DNA of 52,323 nucleotides, taken from a virus. Taxonomy: Duplodnaviria > Heunggongvirae > Uroviricota > Caudoviricetes. Both the position numbers and the translations under genes were made by a program. Below are positions 39,579-47,561 of this stretch, one piece after another. Position 1 is the first letter of the stretch, and the number at the start of each line of letters is the position of its first letter. The stretch is taken from the IMG/VR virus record IMGVR_UViG_2563367002_000003. The stretch is one strand, 5' to 3'. The notes beneath the pieces are model-generated. The model worked only from the letters and a program-made list of their open reading frames with translations, was not told the origin of the DNA and did not search any database.

Positions 39579-42377
39579 TCAGGCACCGTGACATTTTTTG
39601 TACTTTATTCCCGAGCCACAGGGGCATTGTTCATTCCGGCCGACCGCACCAAAAACTTCAGTTAATTTAGTCTTTGCTGCTTTATGGGCAAGCTGTACGA
39701 TGTAATTTGATTGATTTTGGATTTCTTGACGCTGTACACCTGTGAGGCCTTCGATATAGGGAGCAAGGCGCTGCATTTCGACATCAGCTGCTTTATGCTG
39801 ACCCGATAGTGCCAATATGACTGCGTACTGGCTTCGAACCTGAATCAGTCGGTGTACTAGACCTGCCTCATTGACAACCGGCAGGACATGTTGCTCCATG
39901 ACTTCCTTGGCACCGTCGTAATCCTTTATGGCAACAAACTCATCCGCCAGATCTTGGCCCACCCTAACCATGGATTCCGGGGCCATGGCCAGATTGTAGA
40001 ACTTCATCGAATGAATACGCAGTAATGGTGACAGTTTTCCCTGCGCATCACGAATTCTGGCCAGCAACTCCAGAGCATCAGCCATATGTTTAAAGTGTTC
40101 CTGCATATTTTCGGAATGATTAATAGTTTTCCATAATGCGTCGGCGTTTTTTCCTATGACATCAGCAGGTGTGATACCAAATAAAGAATAGTACCCTTGT
40201 ATAACATTACAGCTTAATGTTTCAGCATCCTTGAGTTTTTTTAATCTCCAGAGTGCAATGGCATGGTTGTAGTCAAAGATGCGTTTATGTTCTTCATCTG
40301 GGAGTTGGGGGCGGACTTCCTGTGCCAGCTTTTGAACTTCTCGTGCATCATTGCTTTCTGCCGAAAATAACATTCGTTTCATTGCATAGGCCATCTCTTC
40401 TTGATAGCCGAACTTGTGCTCCGCAAGTAAAGCTCCCATGATGTTTAACCTCTGAGCAATGTGGTCGGATATTCCGTCTTTAAGCTCAACGAAAACAAGG
40501 CCATCCAATGCCCAGAATTTATGAACAGGTCCCAATAAGTCCGATGTTGCAGCACGCTCCAAGCTTGCAAGAATGTCGACCGTCACGCCCATCTCATAAA
40601 ACATTTCTTGGCCTGAGAGTTCGATCAACGTCGTGACATCATTGAGCTTAATATAAAGTTGAGTCAACAACGATAACCGTTTTGTATTGCGGGTATTATG
40701 AAGACTTTCAACTAAAAGGTCTTTCAGCGCTAGTAGCGCTTTGTTCGATATACCCTGATCCATCAGTTCCAGATGTTGCAGTCCTAGCCCCCTGACAGCA
40801 TCATGTACCTTCAGGGTCTGGTTTCCATAAATTTCAATAGTGCCAGTAGCGCGCATTTTCCTAATTAAAGAAGCCGCACTGCTTGGTGAAATGTTCAGCG
40901 AATTGATTAGGAGCGTAGAAATCTCTTCGCGACTCAGCCCTACGTCAGAGAGACTGAACAATGCCAGCGCGCTCTGAAGTAGTGATTCAAATCCCTGAAA
41001 TACACGTGACAGAATAATTTCTTGGGCGGTTTCCGCAGTATGGGTTTGTTGCTGGAGTTCAGCACACAGAGCATCGACACTACGCTCATAATCAGAAACG
41101 GCGATTTTTGCGGCGCTCTCTACATACAGGGGAAGACCACCAGTGTAAGCCCGTAGCTGCTCGTATCCCATAGCGGTGGCAAATCCTCCGATATCGTTTA
41201 CAACGACAGCTACCGTATCGAGATTCCATCCCTGCAGGCCCTCGCGCTGTAGCCCCGTCATGACCTCCAGTTCGCGAACGTTTTCGTGAGGCTGGCACAA
41301 CAGCACAAAACGAATATGTGTAGTTGCATTCAGAACATCCCGTAGATTTTCCGCAGGTACACGATGGGCGTTATCCAGAACCAGCACCAAGGTGGTACCC
41401 TGCTCTTTCAGGTAGGTATCAAAACTCCTAAGAGCCTCAAAACCACTGGCACCGGGGAGCAAAATCCTGCGCAAACCGTCTTGGTCACGGGCTGTAAATC
41501 TAGCAGCCATCTCGCGCACCAGCGTACTGGCCAGAGCTGGACCGGGAAGATCACCGGTGTCGTAATAAGCACAAAGTGCAGTGGAGTGTAATGCGGCCTG
41601 TGCGGCCCAAGCTGTCTTGCCTGCACCTGAGAGTCCACAAAGGATACGGATCCGCTCACCAGATGTGAGAGAAGGTTCTTCGTTTTGTGGGCGGTACAGT
41701 GCTGGTGGTGCAGGAAAGTCCTGTAGCTGAACGATCAACTGTTCAAATAGTTCAGTAAGTTCCTCCGTGAAAAACGTATGTTGTCCATTGGTATCGCCTC
41801 CGGTGGCGGCAAGCTGAACCAACCCTGCTAACTTCCAAATCAAGGATTCTGGGGACAATAGTGAAAATTTCAGCTTTTCTGCTTCTGCGATACACCATGT
41901 GGCCGCATCAGCCAGAGTACTCCATGCGGGCGGAAGTGCCGGATGACGTCCAGCTGTCGACTGGGGCCAGACAATAAGAACATCAGAAGGAAGCTTTTTA
42001 TCGTCAATCATCTTCTGAAGCAGCGGTCCAGGCGCCTGGTTTACAATAATCACAAAAGAAGCCACCCCTTCGCGGTTTGCCGAAGTATGCTCATTTCTGA
42101 GCTTTACAAATCGCTCCAGAGCCCCCGACACATCGTTGGGCATAATAGGCTTTGAACGGGTTTTAACCTGAATGTAGAGACGTTCCTGTTTGGATTTCAG
42201 CTCAATATCCTCATCAAGCTCGACAGTTACTGAGTCCATAGCAGCCCTCTGCGCCAAAAGTAAGCAGCCTACAGCGTAAAGATGCTGGTAAAGGAACCCC
42301 CGGTGTACCGCTTCGATACGCACCAACTGCACAGGATCCAGTACGTCCAGATTTTGTTTGTTTTCACTTCCCCACAT
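39579..42377 (-). CDS. STAND-like P-loop NTPase, three-part architecture with C-terminal SEC-C zinc motif; candidate antiviral (Avs-like) protein
   Basis: 932 aa; AAGGA SD 8 nt before ATG at 42377; Walker A GLSGAGKT and Walker B-like LVLVLDNAH; N-terminal ~200 aa with D..E.K-like pattern (VELDEDIELK ... YIQVKT); long helical C-terminal region; ends CPCGSGIKYKKCHGA. Confidence 0.7.
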   Translation of the reverse strand: MWGSENKQNLDVLDPVQLVRIEAVHRGFLYQHLYAVGCLLLAQRAAMDSVTVELDEDIELKSKQERLYIQVKTRSKPIMPNDVSGALERFVKLRNEHTSANREGVASFVIIVNQAPGPLLQKMIDDKKLPSDVLIVWPQSTAGRHPALPPAWSTLADAATWCIAEAEKLKFSLLSPESLIWKLAGLVQLAATGGDTNGQHTFFTEELTELFEQLIVQLQDFPAPPALYRPQNEEPSLTSGERIRILCGLSGAGKTAWAAQAALHSTALCAYYDTGDLPGPALASTLVREMAARFTARDQDGLRRILLPGASGFEALRSFDTYLKEQGTTLVLVLDNAHRVPAENLRDVLNATTHIRFVLLCQPHENVRELEVMTGLQREGLQGWNLDTVAVVVNDIGGFATAMGYEQLRAYTGGLPLYVESAAKIAVSDYERSVDALCAELQQQTHTAETAQEIILSRVFQGFESLLQSALALFSLSDVGLSREEISTLLINSLNISPSSAASLIRKMRATGTIEIYGNQTLKVHDAVRGLGLQHLELMDQGISNKALLALKDLLVESLHNTRNTKRLSLLTQLYIKLNDVTTLIELSGQEMFYEMGVTVDILASLERAATSDLLGPVHKFWALDGLVFVELKDGISDHIAQRLNIMGALLAEHKFGYQEEMAYAMKRMLFSAESNDAREVQKLAQEVRPQLPDEEHKRIFDYNHAIALWRLKKLKDAETLSCNVIQGYYSLFGITPADVIGKNADALWKTINHSENMQEHFKHMADALELLARIRDAQGKLSPLLRIHSMKFYNLAMAPESMVRVGQDLADEFVAIKDYDGAKEVMEQHVLPVVNEAGLVHRLIQVRSQYAVILALSGQHKAADVEMQRLAPYIEGLTGVQRQEIQNQSNYIVQLAHKAAKTKLTEVFGAVGRNEQCPCGSGIKYKKCHGA

Positions 42378-42599
42378 GACCTATTCCTTGAGCTATTTGT
42401 TTGACGGACTCACATTATTACTTCAATGTAATCAATTGAACTTGAATTATAATTAAAAGAGGCAAAGAAAAGTCCTCCGTTGATTAATACAAACTAACGA
42501 TACCAACGTTCACCTGGCTCAAAGCTGACAACCAAACTAGGTCTGGGACTGTGCCATCGAAGTGTCAATTAATATCTGAACTAATGCTCTTTAATTTCG

Positions 42600-43016
42600 T
42601 CACTTCAATAAATACCGAACATTTCCCTGATAAAATTCTAGTATACGCTGCATAACTTCGCTCTGACGACACTCGCAACAAATTATATTCTGTCGTCTGT
42701 TGTAACGGCGTATTTCGCCATCTAGCAATGAATAAATCAGGTCAGGGTCGCTCTTCTTTTTCACTGCCGCTCTCGACATTTTTTTGCGGGCTTTTCCCCA
42801 GTCCTTACGAGCCTGCTCCGAAGGAAATATTCCATGTCCTGAACCATATACTGCGCCACTAACTACCAGCTCTTTCGCCAGAACTTCTATTAGGTGTCTC
42901 GTCGCCCCGGTTTCATTTTCCAGTTGTTTACGCGTTTTTCGCCCATCTCTGCGTACCAGTTCCACAATGCGCGCCTTCACTTCTTCCCGCAGTTCGGGAG
43001 TAAAAACTTTTGCCAC
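42600..43016 (-). CDS. hypothetical phage early protein
   Basis: 138 aa basic protein; GTG start at 43016 with AGGAGG SD 5 nt upstream; follows replication gene. Confidence 0.5.
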   Translation of the reverse strand: MAKVFTPELREEVKARIVELVRRDGRKTRKQLENETGATRHLIEVLAKELVVSGAVYGSGHGIFPSEQARKDWGKARKKMSRAAVKKKSDPDLIYSLLDGEIRRYNRRQNIICCECRQSEVMQRILEFYQGNVRYLLK

Positions 43017-43056
43017 AAGTCCTCCTGAAAATTACCTCATAACCTGAAATACACAC

Positions 43057-44127
43057 TTACCCCCTGAAGCCCGGTGGAATTTCGGTATCCGGTTCAGAAA
43101 TATGATTCACACAACGCTGGTTGTTCGTACCGCTTACCGGGAGCAACCAGGGGTTTTCAAAATTCCGGTCCGGTCCAAAAAACGTCGTCGCTCGCTGAAC
43201 AAATTCCGTTCCCGTTTTCTCGGTAGCCGCCAAGTATCTTGCGTAACGCCTCACGCCATCCAGCATGGCCTCTGGTGGCACCCCCTCGCGTAATCTGGCC
43301 TTCCAGGCACTGAAAGCGGATTTCTTCGGGTTTGCTCCGGCACGCAACGGGTACTCCCGCCAGACCTGTTCGAACACATCCGGATAATCCACTCGTCCCA
43401 CAGACAGCCCGGTGTTTTCCGGGACTACCCGATCGGCTTCCCGCTGAATGGCGGAATCGGTTTCAGGCTGCTGCAGTTGGTGTGATTGTTCCGGCCTTTG
43501 GGTCATCACCTGCTGCACAGCGCCCGAATCGGCTTTCAGCGCATACGCTGAATCGGCTTCCGGTGTCGTGCCTGCTGGCTGACCAGGATTGACGGTCTGA
43601 ACATCCCCTGCCTGGTTCGTGGCGTTTTTTACGCCATGGCCCATAGTGTTTTGATCTTCTTGATCTGTATCTTTATCTGTATCTTTATCTGTCGTGACTC
43701 GTCGTGACATGTGCGTGACATTTCGTGACGCGCCGTGACAATCGCCATTTTGTTCCCGCTTTCTTTCCCTCTCTCGCTGCGCCCTCTTGCGCTCTGCAGG
43801 AGATTTTGCGGTTTGCGAAATATTGCCGTTGTCCTCTTTAAGCACCTGGCGTTTTTCCCATCCAGTGATTAAATCACCATCAAGTACCCGCCCCTGCATC
43901 GTCTGCAAAATTGAATCAATTACCTCTTCTGTCACGTCGAGCGCACTTGCCAAATCTTCTGTCGTGACATCAATGTGACCTCGCGTGACATTTCGTGACG
44001 CGCTCACCAGGAGGTGGATATACACTGCCATCACTGTTGCAATTGGCTGCCCTGACACCCTGGCAATTGTTCGCCACTTAGGGTCATTTGGCATGTCATG
44101 CCATAATCTGAGCCAGGCGTTAGCCAT
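43057..44127 (-). CDS. putative phage replication initiation protein (contains internal repeat clusters)
   Basis: 356 aa from ATG at 44127 (GAGGTGA SD); position after cII-like gene; two clusters of CGTGAC repeats embedded in the coding sequence. Confidence 0.55.
   Translation of the reverse strand: MANAWLRLWHDMPNDPKWRTIARVSGQPIATVMAVYIHLLVSASRNVTRGHIDVTTEDLASALDVTEEVIDSILQTMQGRVLDGDLITGWEKRQVLKEDNGNISQTAKSPAERKRAQRERERKREQNGDCHGASRNVTHMSRRVTTDKDTDKDTDQEDQNTMGHGVKNATNQAGDVQTVNPGQPAGTTPEADSAYALKADSGAVQQVMTQRPEQSHQLQQPETDSAIQREADRVVPENTGLSVGRVDYPDVFEQVWREYPLRAGANPKKSAFSAWKARLREGVPPEAMLDGVRRYARYLAATEKTGTEFVQRATTFFGPDRNFENPWLLPVSGTNNQRCVNHISEPDTEIPPGFRG
43691..43740. repeat. iteron-like CGTGAC repeat cluster 1 (candidate origin of replication)
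   Basis: five CGTGAC copies at 10-11 bp spacing, preceded by tandem TGTATCTTTATC x2; 21-bp segment GCGTGACATTTCGTGACGCGC recurs in cluster 2. Confidence 0.45.
43931..43999. repeat. iteron-like CGTGAC repeat cluster 2
   Basis: four direct plus one inverted GTGAC-core copies; shares an exact 21-bp segment with cluster 1. Confidence 0.4.
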
Positions 44128-44198
44128 ACTCACCTCTTCTGATACCGAATCTTTTTACTCACGAGTTGCCGGAAGCGATTCGATATGGCTATTATCAC

Positions 44199-44624
44199 TC
44201 AATGCACTGCCACAGCATTTCCTGCCGGGCCACCACGGTTCATCTGATTGAAACCGGCGATTGCCACTGCGACAAAATCATCAGCGTCTCTCACCAGTCG
44301 CTCCCGCGTCTCCACCAGCTCCCGAAAATAAGCTGAACTGTGGCTGCGCATTCTGGCCACCAGCAAAGGTGGCATTGCCTTTTCGATCGCTGGTAACAAC
44401 GCCTGAATTTTTTCAACTGCATCAGGGGTGTCTTTCTCTATCCAGCGGAAAATTTTCTGGGTATTACGAGCCAGGGCTTCCGGATGGCTGTCGTCGTACA
44501 GTTCAGGAAACGTCATACCCAACTCAAAATAAGCCTGGGTTATTCCAGCTGCCGGAACTTTTTCGCCATCAGGACGCGCCCAGGCATTCATCGCCATGCG
44601 GATGTGTTCATGCTTGATTTTCAT
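44199..44624 (-). CDS. CII-like / YdaT-like early regulator
   Basis: 141 aa from ATG at 44624 (MKIKHEHIRMAMNAWARPDGEK...) with AAGGGGGG SD; immediately downstream of cro-like gene. Confidence 0.5.
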   Translation of the reverse strand: MKIKHEHIRMAMNAWARPDGEKVPAAGITQAYFELGMTFPELYDDSHPEALARNTQKIFRWIEKDTPDAVEKIQALLPAIEKAMPPLLVARMRSHSSAYFRELVETRERLVRDADDFVAVAIAGFNQMNRGGPAGNAVAVH

Positions 44625-44850
44625 GAATCCCCCCTTGGTTAGAAGGCGGATTATGATCTGAACCGGGAATGACAACCGTCGGTATGTGTAACTCATATTT
44701 GAGCGCCCCGGCAGTGACTGCCTGAATTAGCAACGCCCATTTCCACGGAACCTCTTCCCCCCACATGCTGACTGTGGTTTTTGACGTTCCTAGAGCTGCG
44801 GCTGTTTTAACAACTCCGCCAAAATAGCCTAATACTTCTGATTTTTTCAT
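44608..44850 (-). CDS. Cro-like / YdaS-like HTH regulator
   Basis: 80 aa from ATG at 44850 (MKKSEVLGYFGGVVKTAAALGTSKTTVSMWGEE...) with GGAG SD; divergent from the cI-like gene. Confidence 0.6.
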   Translation of the reverse strand: MKKSEVLGYFGGVVKTAAALGTSKTTVSMWGEEVPWKWALLIQAVTAGALKYELHIPTVVIPGSDHNPPSNQGGIHENQA

Positions 44851-44941
44851 GAGTCGCTCCATAAAACTGAACGCCAAAAGTTTAATAATCAAAACCAAAG
44901 AAAGTCAAGAAACAAAACCATCTGTGTTTTAAAATCAAAAC
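44851..44941. promoter_or_regulatory. divergent immunity-region promoter/operator interval
   Basis: 91-bp AT-rich interval between cro-like and cI-like starts; two related 15-bp elements TTTAATAATCAAAAC (44881-44895) and TTTTAAAATCAAAAC (44927-44941); cI ATG has no SD. Confidence 0.45.
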
Positions 44942-45580
44942 ATGAGCAAGCAAACAATATCTGAACGCATAACCCAACGTATGCATGCGCTAAACCTGAA
45001 AGGCAAAGACCTTGTCAATGCCACTGGCGCATCAAAAGGCTCCGTAAGTCAATGGATGAACGGTGGAGGAGCGCCGTCCTCGCGTTACATAAGTTCACTG
45101 GCAAACATATTGAAAGTAAACGAAAATTGGCTTCTTAATGGAGGAGAGTTAAATACAGGTGATTCGCTTGATCTATCTTTACCGCCGATAAAAACGGTTC
45201 CGCTACTATCACTTCAGCAGGCAGCAAGCTGGAGTGATTATATGAAAAATTCCTCAATAACCTCTTGTGTGCAGCTTGTCGGAGAAATCCCGGCCAATAC
45301 CTTTGCAGTTGTTCTAGAGAGTGACAGTATGTCAACATCTGGTGGGGGAGTTTCCATCCCAAATGGTTCAACAGTTTTTGTTGATCCCGATCGAACCGTA
45401 CAACCGGGAAATATTGTCCTTGCCTTACCCAAAGGGACCACAACACCTGTCATTCGTAAACTGGAGATAGAAGGGCCGGATATTCTTTTAGTCCCCACGA
45501 ATCCTCGCTACCCTTCAATTATGCTGGATGATCTATCTTGCATATTGGGCGTATGCTTTAAAATTCAACAAGATATTTAA
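44942..45580 (+). CDS. CI-type prophage repressor (HTH-XRE plus S24 LexA-like autopeptidase domain)
   Basis: 212 aa; N-terminal HTH (GKDLVNATGASKGSVSQWMNG); C-terminal S24-like region with catalytic Ser/Lys candidates (ESDSMS ... TPVIRKLE). Confidence 0.8.
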   Translation: MSKQTISERITQRMHALNLKGKDLVNATGASKGSVSQWMNGGGAPSSRYISSLANILKVNENWLLNGGELNTGDSLDLSLPPIKTVPLLSLQQAASWSDYMKNSSITSCVQLVGEIPANTFAVVLESDSMSTSGGGVSIPNGSTVFVDPDRTVQPGNIVLALPKGTTTPVIRKLEIEGPDILLVPTNPRYPSIMLDDLSCILGVCFKIQQDI

Positions 45581-45872
45581 CCGACCTCATTTATTTGATT
45601 AACTGTATGCCATCGTGGTGATGGCTTAACAACTGCCTGCTTAAAATGTTTTGATAAAAAAACATTGACCTGAAAAGTTCATTTTTCTAAACTTCATTCA
45701 TTCCCTCTCCCCACCCCACAGAATGCAGGGCAATACTTCGAGTTACCAGGCAGTGGTCAGGGGTTAAGTAGCCAGCCCGAGGCGTAAGAACATGACGGCA
45801 GGGTTCAACTTTAATAACTATGCAGCAGGTTTTTGTTCCGCTACCCCGGCGTTAAGGGGAAATGAGGTCAGC

Positions 45873-46028
45873 ATGGATACTATCGATCTTGGCAACAACG
45901 AATCTCTGGTGTACGGCGTGTTTCCAAACCAGGACGGCACCTTCACCGCAATGACGTATACCAAAAGCAAAACGTTTAAAACCGAAAATGGTGCCCGTCG
46001 CTGGCTGGAAAGAAACTCAGGTGAGTGA
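45873..46028 (+). CDS. ydfA: YdfA-like small protein
   Basis: 51 aa from ATG at 45873 (MDTIDLGNNESLVYGVFPNQDGTFTAMTYTKSKTFKTENGARRWLERNSGE), GAGG SD; track ORF is N-extended. Confidence 0.65.
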   Translation: MDTIDLGNNESLVYGVFPNQDGTFTAMTYTKSKTFKTENGARRWLERNSGE

Positions 46029-46029
46029 T

Positions 46030-46605
46030 ATGGATTTCGACACAATCATGGAAAAGGCTTACGAAGAATACTTCGAAGGCCTTGCCGAAGGCGAAGAAGC
46101 TCTCAGCTTCAGTGAGTTTAAACAGGCACTCAGAATAAGAATGTGCTCTCACAATGACGCGGAGCACAAATATGAGAAGCAAAATCAGACCGCAGAAAAT
46201 TTTGTTCTGGAACCCGGAGAAACGCTTTTCAAAATTCCCGTTACGTGCCCCATTTGCGGTTTTACATCAGAAGAACTTGACGACTCCTGTAACAATCAGG
46301 AAACAACCAAGTATGTCGAAGATGATACCGAGTGCGCACGAAAAACGATTATATCCACGAGTCCAAACTCCAGGGCCAATAAATCTCACTTTGAGAGGGT
46401 GATTAATCCACTCCCCCAAACCAATAAAAAAGATGCCGGAGGACAAAAAACCCAATGGAACAACGGGATATCTGTCAAAAAAAGACGTTCCATTAAAGAC
46501 AAACAACGCAGCGCCAACAACTGTAAGCGCTTTATACCAGTAATCAATTTTCATGTTCTTAAGCGGATTTATTGGTGGTTGCGACATTGCTTAATGAATC
46601 CTTAA
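46030..46605 (+). CDS. YdfB-like protein, extended ORF of uncertain extent
   Basis: ATG at 46030 right after ydfA stop (MDFDTIMEKAYEEYFEGLAEGEEALSFSEFKQAL...); downstream part is A-rich/basic and may not be coding. Confidence 0.35.
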   Translation: MDFDTIMEKAYEEYFEGLAEGEEALSFSEFKQALRIRMCSHNDAEHKYEKQNQTAENFVLEPGETLFKIPVTCPICGFTSEELDDSCNNQETTKYVEDDTECARKTIISTSPNSRANKSHFERVINPLPQTNKKDAGGQKTQWNNGISVKKRRSIKDKQRSANNCKRFIPVINFHVLKRIYWWLRHCLMNP

Positions 46606-46641
46606 AACTGTGGTGATTTTAAGGATACCACCTCGCCTGAC

Positions 46642-46833
46642 GTGGTTAAAAGCAGGCACACAACACGAAAGCGCACGGCGAAGTTCGTCTCACTGTACGG
46701 TGTCGTTAAATTTAATTCGACCGTGCGCTTCCGGTTGTGGCAACCCGCAAAATGGCGCGGCGGTAAGTATGGCGGGGTTATTCCTTCCCCGTTGAGGACA
46801 CCGGGTTGTCAGGTTGACCATACGCTTAAGTGA
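46642..46833 (+). CDS. small basic protein, possibly YdfC-like
   Basis: 63-aa ORF with GTG start and weak SD; Qin-like gene order predicts a ydfC here. Confidence 0.3.
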   Translation: MVKSRHTTRKRTAKFVSLYGVVKFNSTVRFRLWQPAKWRGGKYGGVIPSPLRTPGCQVDHTLK

Positions 46834-46864
46834 CAACCCCGCTGCAACGCCCTCTGTTATCAAT

Positions 46865-46917
46865 TTTCTGGTGACGTTTGGCGGTATCAGTTTTACTCCG
46901 TGACTGCTCTGCCGCCC
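46865..46917 (+). ncRNA. dicF: DicF small regulatory RNA (cell-division inhibitor sRNA)
   Basis: 53-nt TTTCTGGTGACGTTTGGCGGTATCAGTTTTACTCCGTGACTGCTCTGCCGCCC followed by T-run, matching the DicF sequence as I recall it; upstream inverted repeat GGGTTGTCA/TGACAACCC (46803-46840) fits a processing stem; dicB follows. Confidence 0.6.
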
Positions 46918-47091
46918 TTTTTAAAGTGAATTTTGTGATGCGGTGAATGCGGCTAAGCGCACGCGGAACAGTTAAAACCAAAAACAGTGTTATGGGTGGA
47001 TTCTCTGTATCCGGCGTTAATTGTTAACTGGTTAACGTCACCTGGAGGCACCAGGCACCGCATCACAAAACTCATTGTTGAGGGCGCGATA

Positions 47092-47280
47092 ATGAAAACG
47101 TTATTACCAAACGTTAATACGTCTGAAGGTTGTTTTGAAATTGGTGTCACTATCAGTAATCCTGTATTTACTGAAGATGCCATTAACAAAAGAAAACACG
47201 AACGGGAGTTATTAAATAAAGTATGCATTGTTTCAATGCTGGCCCGTTTACGTCTGATGCCAAAAGGATGTGCACAATGA
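47092..47280 (+). CDS. dicB: cell-division inhibitor DicB
   Basis: 62 aa from ATG at 47092: MKTLLPNVNTSEGCFEIGVTISNPVFTEDAINKRKHERELLNKVCIVSMLARLRLMPKGCAQ. Confidence 0.8.
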   Translation: MKTLLPNVNTSEGCFEIGVTISNPVFTEDAINKRKHERELLNKVCIVSMLARLRLMPKGCAQ

Positions 47281-47468
47281 ATCCAGTATTTGCACTTATT
47301 CTGACGGTTTTTCTTGTTTCCGGAGAGCCAGTTGATATTGCAGTCAGTGTTCACAGAACAATGCAGGAATGTATGGCAGCAGCAACCGAACAGAAAATTC
47401 CAGGCAACTGTTATCCGGTCGATAAAGTTATTCACCAGGATAATAACGAAATCCCGGCAGGATTTTAA
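47277..47468 (+). CDS. ydfD: YdfD (small membrane/lysis-associated protein)
   Basis: 63 aa from ATG at 47277 (ATGA overlap with dicB stop, AAGGA SD): MNPVFALILTVFLVSGEPVDIAVSVHRTMQECMAAATEQKIPGNCYPVDKVIHQDNNEIPAGF. Confidence 0.75.
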   Translation: MNPVFALILTVFLVSGEPVDIAVSVHRTMQECMAAATEQKIPGNCYPVDKVIHQDNNEIPAGF

Positions 47469-47561
47469 AACAGCACCGTAATAAATATCCAGTTTCATTC
47501 TTATATGTCAGCAATGGCAGAGATTTGTTCACCCTTAAATCTGTGATGAGGTTTACCAATA

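Noticed and set aside
46267-46587. 106-aa hydrophobic minus-strand ORF as a membrane protein gene
   Set aside because: Not annotated as a feature because it is antisense to the ydfB-like frame and its hydrophobicity may simply reflect T-rich sequence; kept as an open question in findings.
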